From: Anthoceros angustus
Lineage: Eukaryota > Plantae > Anthocerotophyta
NCBI GenBank assembly: GCA_010909165.1
Contig: MU008169.1
Span: 1,674,001-1,738,000 of the forward strand
Length of the DNA stretch: 64,000 nucleotides
Direction of reading: 5' to 3'
Part shown: in pieces, positions 21,476-31,153 of the stretch
How positions within the stretch are numbered: the stretch's first letter is position 1
How the letters are laid out: every line of letters begins with the position of its first letter
The notes under the pieces: model-generated
The model's database searches: none
Seen by the model: only the letters and a program-made list of their open reading frames with translations
What the model was told of the DNA's origin: nothing
Made by a program: the position numbers and the translations under genes

Positions 21476-22240
21476 CTAACCCTCGTCATCAGAGTGATCG
21501 GAACTCTCTTGCTCATACTTGGTCACGAGCTTCTCGATGAAATCCCTGCGCACCCTGTCCGTAACGGCCTCTGTGGACGCCTCATCCTCTCCCGCCCCGA
21601 CCAGCACCGGCCCGACCTGCAACAACGTAAAGGCCACGTCCTCGGGAGTGCACCTGTTGCCCCCGAACGGCCGCATGCCCACCAGGGTAGACTTCACGTT
21701 GCTCTGGTGGTACACCAGCACCGTGGGCAGATTGAAGTCGGGGTAATCCTTGATGCAGTCCGTGGACACGATCTTCACAAACTTCGTCCCAGCATACTTC
21801 CCCGCCAGCTCCTCCAAACACTGGCCCAGGATGTGGCAGTCGGGATTCCCGTCCTTGTACAGATGCACCACCACCCACACATCCGCCGGCGCCTGCGACA
21901 CCTCCCGGATGAAATCCGCCCCCGTGATGCCCATCACGTACCCGAACCGGGCCTTCCTGGCCCGCTCCCGCATCTCCGCCAGCCGCTTCTTCCTGTACTC
22001 CTCCAGGAACCGATCGTCGTCCAGATCCGCATCGTCCTCCAACTCCTCCAGCTCCTCCTCCGTCTTCTCCTCCAGCCACGCCTTGTCCACCTTCTTCCCC
22101 CTCCCGTCCTCCGCCGGCTCCCACCCCGGGGGCCTCGCCTTGGGCGGCTTCGGCGGCAGGTTCCCGAGCTTCCTCTGGATGTCGTCCCACTCCGTCGTGG
22201 TGCCCTCCTCGTCCTTGTACACGTAGTGGTAGTCCGCCAT
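21476..22240 (-). CDS. Phosducin-like protein (PhLP2/PDCL3 class), intronless
   Basis: MADYHYVYKDEEGTTTEWDDIQRKLGNLPPKP...thioredoxin-like fold (VVVHLYK...LAGKYAGTKFVKI...IKDYPDFNLPTVLVY). Confidence 0.92.
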   Translation of the reverse strand: MADYHYVYKDEEGTTTEWDDIQRKLGNLPPKPPKARPPGWEPAEDGRGKKVDKAWLEEKTEEELEELEDDADLDDDRFLEEYRKKRLAEMRERARKARFGYVMGITGADFIREVSQAPADVWVVVHLYKDGNPDCHILGQCLEELAGKYAGTKFVKIVSTDCIKDYPDFNLPTVLVYHQSNVKSTLVGMRPFGGNRCTPEDVAFTLLQVGPVLVGAGEDEASTEAVTDRVRRDFIEKLVTKYEQESSDHSDDEG

Positions 22241-22507
22241 CGCTGGGCGCCCGCAAACCCCGAGCTTGAATCGCCCACAAACCCCGAGCTAGAATCGCCC
22301 ACAACCCTCCAGCAAGAATCGCCCACAAAGCTCGACCTCGTGCGCGAGCTCGCTCTCGCTCTCGCCCTCGCCCTCGCCCTCCCCTCGCTCGGAAACTAGG
22401 GTCGCGAAAGAACTCAAACCCGGACGCAACGAGCTCGGCGGGCGTGGCCTCCGGCGAGTCCGGGCCGCCGGGGCGAGGAAGAAGAAAGCCCGGTCGGGCC
22501 GGGGACG

Positions 22508-23676
22508 ATGGACGACGAGGAGGACGTGCCGTTGTCGGAGCTTGTGGCTATGTCGGAGCTGGCAGCGATTTCAGCCGCGTCCCGCGGGCAGGGCGAGGGC
22601 GAGGACCAGGGCCAGGCCAGCCCGCCTTCCGGCCCTACCGGCGGGCGCGGTCTCTGCGCGGGCATGCGGCGGCCATCGCGGTGGTGAAGTGGTCTCCGGA
22701 CGGGGAGTGGCTGGCCAGCGCGGGCGCGACCCGGAGATCCTGGTGTGGAGCGCCAAGGACTGGAGCGTGAAGGCGACGCTGCGGGGGCACGGCAAGGGGA
22801 TCTCGGATCTGGCATGGGCGGGGGACGGGAAGTGCATCTGCTCCGCGTCGGACGACGAGAGCGTCAAGATCTGGGACTGGGAGGCGCAGACGTGCGTGCA
22901 GACGCTCAAGGGCGAGAAGGACTGGTTCACCTTCTGCGTGGATGTGTGCCCGAAGAAGGAGCTGGTGGCGGCGGGGTCGTGGTCCGATAGCGTCAGGATA
23001 TGGCGGATCGGAAAGGGCAAGGACGTCACCTGCTCCATCCTGAAGGCGCACTCGGATCCCGTCACGGCCGTGCAGTTCAACAAGAAGGGGGACAGGCTGG
23101 TGACCAGCAGCTTGGATGGATTGTTCGTCATCTGGGACACGGAGCGATGGACGTACACGAAGCTGGTGAATGAAAACAGTGGTTTGCCTCCGGTTTCGCA
23201 CGTACAGTTCACGCCGGTGAAGAGTTCTGTGCTGGTGGCCACCATGGACAACGCCATTGTGAGTGAGCGAGGGTTCGGGTTGGACGCTGCTAGGGTTTGT
23301 CTGCATGCTTGTTAGGGTTTCGGTTGGAGATCAATTCGGGGGTTTATTCCATTGTGTCCTGAATTCTTTTTGTGGTTTCCTGTCGCAGAGGCTCTGGAAT
23401 TGGAGGACGGCGGAGATTACAAAAGAATATTTCGGCCATACGAATGAAGAATTATTTATCATGCCCGCGGTTACTGCCAAGGGGAAGTATGTAGTGAGCG
23501 GGTCAGAGGACAAGTTGGTGTACATATGGGATTTGCAGTCGAGGGTGGTACTGCAAAAGCTGACAGGACACTCTGCTGCAGTAATATGTGTTGCTTGTCA
23601 TCCATCGTCCACTCGGATTGCGTCGGCTGACTTGGCGGCGGAGGGCGGAGTGATCAATATTTGGGAGCAGGAGTAG
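22508..23676 (+). CDS. Divergent WDR5-like WD40 protein; two apparent 1-bp frameshifts; one intron (23259-23388)
   Basis: WD repeats RPY...LRGHAAAIAVVKWSPDGEWLASAG, LRGHGKGISDLAW, ILKAHSDPVTAVQFN, VVSGSEDKLVYIWDLQSRVVLQKLTGH. Adding one G at about 22615 and one at about 22722 opens the frame from ATG 22508. Confidence 0.8.
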
Positions 23677-23693
23677 TTGAGTTCTCGTTTTCG

Positions 23694-25072
23694 TTATTCC
23701 TTCTTAATGCCACTGGCGTTTCCCTGGAGGAATCCGCTCCTGATTTGGTCGGCGATGTCACTCACAGCTCCTGGGTTGTGTGGCACGAAGACTGTTGTAT
23801 TCTTAGAGTGCTGCCCGATTTCCTGCAAGCCAGACAGTTGTACAGATACGATAAGGTTGAGGGTACAAGTAGCTCCAGGTTGGACAGGATATGAAAGTGA
23901 GACTCACTTTGAGTGTGTCGAAATATTGAGTTATTAAAACCATGTCGAGAACATCCTTGGGTGTGGTGTCGTGCACGTTGCTGGAGAAAGCCAACACGCT
24001 CTCCCTCAGACCGTCCACGATGGCTTGACGTTGCCGGGCCACTCCCACTCCGGACAAGTACTTGCTCTCAGCTTCTGCTTCCGCTCTCTTCACCTGCAAG
24101 ATCTTCTCCGCTTCTGCCTTCTCGTTGGCTGCCACCCTCATCCGAGTGGCTGCGCATGGTACGAGGGGGGGGTGTCAGCTGGTGAAATGCAGCAAACCGA
24201 AGCCCTGCCATGGATGGGCTGGGCTGGGCAGGTTAAACTGCACAAAACGAGATACTTGCCTGCGTTGATCTCATTCATGGACCTCTTCACTGTGGCATCA
24301 GGTTCAATATCTGTGATGAGAGCCTGCTCGATGGCGTAGCCAAACACTCCCATGACCTGTGACAGTTCACACCCCGTAGTCAGCACGATGACTGAATTGG
24401 GTCATTGCAAATTAACTGCCCAACAGGCCACTTCATTCCAGCAGGCCTAGGCAGCTGCTGACCTTCTCCAACTCGTCCTTCACGTTGTGGGCAATGTCGT
24501 TTTTCTGCTCAAATACTTCGTCCAAAAGCATCTTAGGAACACTCGCTCTAACCACTGCAGCCCCTCGCCATCCACCACGTTAGCCGAGCTCACGCCACAT
24601 ACTACAGTAAAACCCAACAACCAAATCCAACACACCCACCGTCGAAAACATAAGCTTGAATTTGCTTGTGAGGGTCGGTGAGCTTGTAGAAGGCATCGTC
24701 AGCGTGCTCAAGCAGAGCCCGATATTGGACAGAGCAGACCACGGAAACGAACACGTTATCCTGCCAAAACAACAGTGGTTGAGAAGCCCACAAATCCTTT
24801 ATCCCCGCACCCTAAGCCCACCGCCACCCACCAGCTCAAACGCGCTTCCAACAAAACCACGGGACACGGAGAGGAGAGCCCACCTTAGTCTTAGTCTCGC
24901 ACCTCACATCCAGCTGCTGCACCCGCAGCGACACATATCCCGCAACGTTGTACCCGCAGAGCCAATTCACGCAATTGATTCCTGGAACTGCCAATCTTTC
25001 GAACTTTCCGAACCGCTCAACTATCCCCACCTTGGCTTGATCCACACACATACAGCAACAAACGGACCCCAT
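23694..25072 (-). CDS. HIR: Hypersensitive-induced response protein (SPFH/band 7), multi-exon
   Basis: [24 protein letters not shown]...[13 protein letters not shown]|[16 protein letters not shown]...|[48 protein letters not shown]...|[34 protein letters not shown]...KKE*; TAA at 23694-23696. Confidence 0.95.
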
Positions 25073-26119
25073 CGCTCTGCCTAATCTGCAATCCTCCAGT
25101 CAACAATCCGCAACAACCCAAATCCCGCCTTCTTCCGCTCACACCAGCCCGAGAATCCGGCACACGAACCCCAATCACTCGATGGTCACTACGCTCTTCG
25201 GCGGAAATGGCGATCACACCCTTCGCGTTATTCCTGCTCCAGTCTGTCCTGCCTAGGAGACGACCCAACTGGGTATAAATACCAGCGTGCGGATGAGTTA
25301 CTGACGTGGATAGTAGTTTACGCTGGCCTCACTATGTACCTACTTATCTACCAAAAGTAATATCGCAATAAAATTACACATTACGTATGTACCTACATAG
25401 TCTGGACTCGCCTACAGATCTAGAGCCAACAAAGGCAGGAATCCGAATCCGCGGCTCGTTTGGTACCTACATAGTTAGTTATGGTACCTAGTCAGTAAAA
25501 CAAAAGGCAACGAAAACAGGAATTACCGAGATGGGCCGGCTGTTACCCTAGACGTGATAAAGCTGCACTCCTCCTGTTGACAAGTCGCCCACAAAGAGCG
25601 CGTAGGGGTTCTTCCTGGGATGGATGGCCTTGGCAAGTGCAGTCGTGACGTCGTCTGTTCCCTGGGCCTGCCAGTGGCGGGAATGGAGAACGGAGCCACA
25701 TGAGCCTCTATCCACTTGCAGCGTCCTTGGTGGTACCCCACGTACATTTGGAAGTAGGAGCCTGCAGGGCATCTGAGCTCGAGGCGAGCTAAAGAGAGGC
25801 CGGCTTCCCGGTGTAAAAGCACGCTGCAGCCCCTGGGGCCTATCGCCCGGAAGCCCGGGCCGTGGCGTGGCTTGCGCTTTAAGATAACACTTCGTGCCAT
25901 GGGCCCGGGCCCCGGCTTGCATATGCCGCTTTGATGCTTCCACGCCGCCTTTCAAACTTCAAAGCCAAGGCGTCAAAGAAATCACTGAATGTGGGTTCCA
26001 CATCACTGCTACTTTGTCCTAACCCGGTATTCTTCACTCCTTGCTTTGTTATGAATCTCCGTATCCTGCAAGATGATGAAACAGTATGTGGCTTCAACTT
26101 CAAGAGTGGAAGGAACGGC

Positions 26120-26949
26120 GAGCTAGCCACACATGCTACAGCACAAAAGTGATGCGTGTGTCTGATGTGCGGAAGGCGACAGGCTGTCACCAGCCCCAAC
26201 ACGTAGAAGGATTTGTCAGCACAAACCCTGCTGCTGATGGTGGAAGCCTCTGAACTCCAGGGAAGAGTTGCGTAGCAGACCACTTTGTAATACGCTACAG
26301 GAACACATGGCCAGGGCTGGATGCCTTTTGTATCATACGGGAGTGGAAAATGTGATCTCTTTATGTGAAACTGCACAGGATCTCTTCTGATTTGACGAAA
26401 GGGGCACGTTTCCAAGCTGCACAAACTTGGGTTCCTTCCCACATTGAAGGATGATAACCTTGGGTTCCCTTTCCTTGCTCTGGTGACATACAACATCCAA
26501 GTAGGCTGCGCAAAAATTTGTCTGTGTGTGCTTTGGCCCGAGTGCTCTCTGCTACATAGCTTTGAGTGTCGGGGGCAGCGGAGTTGAATTGATAATCTTG
26601 CTGATAAGACCTGTTTCAATAGAGCCAATCTGCGTATCCCGCCAGATGATTAAACAGAACGTAACCTGGACGGCAACCGAGCTAGCCAACACAGCACAAA
26701 AGTGATACTTCTGTCTGTCTGCCTGTCAGGCAGGCAGGCGACAGGCAGTCACCAGCCCCAACACGTAGGAGGATTTATTAGCACAAACACCGCTGCTGAT
26801 AGTGGAAGCCTCTGAACTCCAGGGAAGAGCCGCGTAGCAGACTGCCTTCTAAAACACTACAAGAACAGATGGCCAGGGCTGGATGCTTATTGGATCGTCA
26901 GGAAGATGCCAAACTCTTCATAATATGGGAGTGGAAAATGTGATCTCTT
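26120..26949. repeat. Diverged direct duplication of about 240-270 bp
   Basis: 26120-26361 aligns with 26679-26949 (shared blocks ggaagcctctgaactccagggaagag, atggccagggctggatgc, gggagtggaaaatgtgatctctt). Confidence 0.85.
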
Positions 26950-26980
26950 AGCCCTGTGCAGCACCTCTTCTGTTTTGTGA

Positions 26981-27796
26981 CTAATAATGCCCTGCCAAGT
27001 AGTAAGGGTCCGCCATAGCTTCTAATATTCTCCGTTCCAGCTCTTTCTCTTCGATCCAAACAGAGCTCTGTTGCCTGGTTGCTGCTTTCTCCCTGTCTTG
27101 CTTCCTCGCGAGCAGCTTCTCCCTGAACAAACGCCTCTCTGCCCTATCTGCTCGATCTTTTTCCTGTTCAAGACGAAACGATGTCGCGTTAGTGACAAAG
27201 TCATGGAGAGCCAGTTTCTTCTATGGTGCATACAAGTTCCTTCCACACTCTAGTCCAGCCGGCTAAACAAACAAGTCAATCTATGCCAATCACACAACCT
27301 GAAATCTCCACCTTCATACCTGAACAAACTCAGGCTTCACCGAGTACATTCCAATTCAAGGCACCTCACAAACTAGACAACTGGGAAGGCATACCCTAGC
27401 AAGCCGTGACGCCTTGTTCCCCTCCTCGGCTTCCAGAGCTCGGGCCCTAGTCCGTTCCTCCCTCAAAGCAGCCCTCTGCGCTTTCTCCAGCATAACCTGG
27501 AGCTCCGCAGTCTTCTTCTTCTTCTCCTCCTTCCGCCTCCTCCCCGCCTCCTCCTCCGCGTACTGCTTCCTCAGCTCCGCCAACGACCTGTCATACTGCC
27601 GCCTGAGCTCAACCTTCGAATCCACCTTCTTCCTACTCCTCAAAATCTCGGACGCGTCGGATGACGCTTTCAGGTCATCAAAACCTGCCACACTCCCCGA
27701 GCCGCTGCTGGAATGTGCAGAAACCGTCAAAAGCCTTGCAGGAACATCACACACTCGCTTGTGCTGCACCAGCCTGTGCAACAAGCGCTGCGCCAT
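26981..27796 (-). CDS. mS26: Probable plant mitochondrial ribosomal protein mS26 (coiled coil), 2 exons
   Basis: Transit-peptide-like N-terminus; ELRRQYDRSLAELRKQY coiled coil; intron 27164-27394; exon 2 ends RQQSSVWIEEKELERRILEAMADPYYLAGHY*, matching my recollection of the plant mS26 C-terminal motif. Confidence 0.7.
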
Positions 27797-28415
27797 TGCA
27801 GTCTCACGGCTCCTCCTACCCTAACACACCAGCATTGCACCACATTCCAGTCACCATTTCCAGCCTCTTCCAGCCCCAGAACAGGCGTCACAGTACGCCA
27901 CCTCCGCCGTTCGTTCAAGCAAGACGATCTGACGACGAACCAAATGGATCACATTTCCAGCAGCCGCTCCCATCGATCGATCCGAGCTAGGAGCAAGACG
28001 AATTCCAAACCCTCGCATTTGGCTTAACCCAGGTGGTTTATTCCGTAATCAGAGTAAATTTGATTAAATTCGTCATAATTAGATAACCTAATCAAGGGAA
28101 CGCCAAAATAGAACGAGAAAGATTGGAATGGAAAGTCGAAAACAAGGAAGCATGACCTATATAGGTACATACGCTTACAACCACGTCTTTGGTGCCGCAA
28201 CTTCATTTCCTATTGTTTTCAGCTAGGAACGGAGCAGCTGCGGGAAGGCTTGCGAAGGAGAAGGCGCGTTGGGACGGTAGGGTTTGCTGGCGCCGGCTTG
28301 AGTGTTGCTTGCTTGTGCCGTGTGATGGTGCGTTCTTGATGGCGGGAGGTTGCTTGTAGCTGAGAAAGTTTTGCTGCTGCGTTGCTGGCTGTTCAGATTA
28401 CGAGCTTTTGTTGCG

Positions 28416-29357
28416 ATGGATGCGAGTGGAGGCGGGAAAGCGGCGAAGGGGAAGAGCTCCAAGAGCGGGGCGGGCAACAGAGGGGGAATCAGAACCCTGT
28501 CGGACTTGCGCCGGAATGTGGAGTCAGGCAGCGACTCGGAGGGGCCGCAGGAGTACTACACGGGAGGCGAGAAGAGCGGGATGATGGTGCAGGATCCCAA
28601 CAGAGGACGGAAGGATGTGGACGCCATCTTCGACCGGGCCCGGCAGTCGGGAGCTCGGGAGGGCTTTGCACCGGCGGAGCCTGCTACGCGGAGCAGTTTT
28701 GCTGGACCCGCGCGGACTTTGGCGGGGGATCAGCGGCTGCCGGAGCCGGAGCAGGCCGCGGATGTTGCTCCCGTTTTCCACACCATCACTTTCTGGAGGA
28801 ATGGTTTTACCGTGGACAACGGGCCTTTGCGCAGATTTGATGACCCCGCCAACGCTTCCTTCTTGGCTAGCATCAACAAGGCCGAGTGCCCCAGGGAATT
28901 GGAACCTGCGTCTCATGACACTCCTGTGCATGTGAACCTTGTGAGGCGGGATGATGATTGGCAGGCTCCCAAGGAACCTAAGCAGGTTCTGGCCTTCCAA
29001 GGCACAGGGAGGACGCTCGGGGGCAGCACTCCCGCTGCGCCTCCCAGTGCCGCTCCGGCTCCCCTGACGCCTAGGGAGGCAGGGACTCAGCCGGCCATGG
29101 GGCTCGTGGTGGATGACAAGAAACCCTCGACGTCGATACAGCTTCGCCTGTCCGATGGCACCCGCATGGTGGCTCGCTTCAACCATCATCACACAGTTGG
29201 CGACATCCGAGGGTTTATTCAAGCTGCCAGGCCGGGAACTTCAGGGTCATATCAGCTTCAGACGATGGGCTTTCCTCCCAAGCAGCTGACGGATCCTCTT
29301 CAGACAATTGAGGAGGCGGGTCTCATTAGTGCCGTGGTCATTCAGCGAGGCGGATGA
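28416..29357 (+). CDS. Plant UBX-domain protein, p47/PUX3-6 type (SEP + UBX), intronless
   Basis: IRTLSDL...[21 protein letters not shown] domain ([32 protein letters not shown]), SHP box [13 protein letters not shown] domain ([18 protein letters not shown]...MGFPPKQL). Confidence 0.93.
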   Translation: MDASGGGKAAKGKSSKSGAGNRGGIRTLSDLRRNVESGSDSEGPQEYYTGGEKSGMMVQDPNRGRKDVDAIFDRARQSGAREGFAPAEPATRSSFAGPARTLAGDQRLPEPEQAADVAPVFHTITFWRNGFTVDNGPLRRFDDPANASFLASINKAECPRELEPASHDTPVHVNLVRRDDDWQAPKEPKQVLAFQGTGRTLGGSTPAAPPSAAPAPLTPREAGTQPAMGLVVDDKKPSTSIQLRLSDGTRMVARFNHHHTVGDIRGFIQAARPGTSGSYQLQTMGFPPKQLTDPLQTIEEAGLISAVVIQRGG

Positions 29358-29718
29358 ACATCCTCATCTCGGCCCTTTTGCTCCAATTCTGATGGTCGCT
29401 TTGATTATAGGAAGTTGGATGAATTTGAGTATAGTGGGACAATTTTCTTACTAGGTCTCTGAATTGTACAGCCACAGAAGCCTGAATTTTCACGTCTCTC
29501 AAATGTTGTAGATGACGCGGAGAACTTGCACAGTTATGCAAACCCCTCTTCTTATTTCAGACACTGCGTTACTTTCATAATCCTTGGAACTCTGACACTC
29601 ATGCTTTTTGCAATTCCACGCGCAATTTTCAAGACGTTGCAACATGGGTATAGCAGCTTCTCAATGGGTTGGAAGGCATACATTTAGCACGTTACAACAC
29701 AAAACTTTAGCTCAGATT

Positions 29719-30837
29719 CTAAGCAGCAGGAGTTTGTTGCGAATCAGGCTGCCCATGATGCACATGACCGGGATTATCTAGAGGGGAAGCAAGTCCGGTC
29801 TTACCAGCCAACTCCTCGACTAACATCCTAACCCTGAGGAGGGCAGCAGGTACCGAGTCCAAAGCAGGCCTGACATCGATCACGAAAGGCCACTTAGCCT
29901 GAGCATTGTCATCATAGTAGAAATCGATGACGTAGCGCATCTCCCGACCACCTCTGTCAACCGTCCAGTCGTGACGATCAAATGGCGCACCATAACCTAG
30001 AAGCTTTTTAACATGCGCCTGAAAAAGCCATACAGAGGATGTTAGCTTGTCACTGGAATCAAAGCTTCTCAACTCATCGAACATGAACACATGCACAGAT
30101 CGTTTGCTCACCTTGGGAGACAAGTCATGAGGCCGTCCTTCGAAATACAGCAACCTCGGTTCATACTCCGCTGAGCCCGGAAAAAGCTGAGAATACAACC
30201 TCTCCCATTGCAACAATCTGTTCCACGTGCTCTCGTTCACAGCGTTGTGAGTCGTGACAACAGCTTCCATATCCCGTTCACTCACATCATCAGCCTTACC
30301 TTTCCTAACAAGGCTATTAAAAAACATCTGAGGCGAGGGATACATCCAAGTCTCCTCGGTTCCACCCTTAGGTATAGACGATTTTTGCCTGTACGTAGAC
30401 AACACCTCCTCTTGCCCGGGAGCCGGGGTCTGGTTAGCATTCTTCGGCATCCTGTTCAGAGGATTAATCTCTTCCGCAGCCTCTTTCGTGCCGTAGTAGA
30501 GGAACGACGGCATCACCCAAATATCCCTCTTAGACGGTTCCTTCCCTTGCGGATCTATCCTCCTCCCGTACACATCATACACATGAGGATGCTTGTACTT
30601 GCCCTGCCTGCTCGACTCCTCACTCTCCGCATCCCGCCCCGAACTCCCTGCTGCCCCGCTACACGCAGCTCCCCCCTCTCGACTGCAGGCCGCATCCAGC
30701 AATTTCTCCCTAGCTGCACCTGTCACCGGACAGTCCGCACCAGGGAACGCCTTGTAATACAAATCATGCACTCTGTCGGGCACGCTTTTGCTCCGCTTCT
30801 CGGCTGGAGGACCTTCCACACTCCCCGCGTTTCCCAT
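29719..30837 (-). CDS. HCCS: Holocytochrome c synthase / cytochrome c heme lyase (System III); one in-frame intron 30019-30111
   Basis: CP heme motif (DCPV), NPLN-MP, SSIPKG...WMYPSPQMFFNSLVRKGK, HNAVNESTW, FEGRP..LSPK, PFDRHDWTVDRGG...RYVIDFY, IDVRPALDS. Confidence 0.95.
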   Translation of the reverse strand: MGNAGSVEGPPAEKRSKSVPDRVHDLYYKAFPGADCPVTGAAREKLLDAACSREGGAACSGAAGSSGRDAESEESSRQGKYKHPHVYDVYGRRIDPQGKEPSKRDIWVMPSFLYYGTKEAAEEINPLNRMPKNANQTPAPGQEEVLSTYRQKSSIPKGGTEETWMYPSPQMFFNSLVRKGKADDVSERDMEAVVTTHNAVNESTWNRLLQWERLYSQLFPGSAEYEPRLLYFEGRPHDLSPKVSKRSVHVFMFDELRSFDSSDKLTSSVWLFQAHVKKLLGYGAPFDRHDWTVDRGGREMRYVIDFYYDDNAQAKWPFVIDVRPALDSVPAALLRVRMLVEELAGKTGLASPLDNPGHVHHGQPDSQQTPAA

Positions 30838-31153
30838 GTAGAACCAACTCTATCCCCGATCAGCACACACAGGCGGTCCAGCCCGGGAATCCCTAACTCC
30901 AACACCACCCCTCGCTACCCAGACACCTGCGCAATCACAGCACAAAAAAACCTAGACTCGTCATCCATATACCCACCCGACACGCAGAAAGGAAACAAGC
31001 ACCACGAAATCCTCAGAAAGCAACAAGAAAGGAATCACGCACCATAAGCCAGCAGTGACATGCGCACCGCTCGCATCTGCTGCCAAAATCTCCTAACCAC
31101 CGAGCCTGCAACAAGCCGCGGCACAGCAAGGGCAACCGAAACGCAGCATCCGG

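Noticed and set aside
21494-22399. 301-aa antisense ORF and other overlapping ORFs over the phosducin-like gene
   Set aside because: Shadow ORFs caused by strong GC3 bias; no domain features.
22610-22730. Programmed ribosomal frameshifting in the WDR5-like gene
   Set aside because: No slippery heptamer or stimulatory structure; both shifts are 1-nt losses in G-runs, typical of long-read error.
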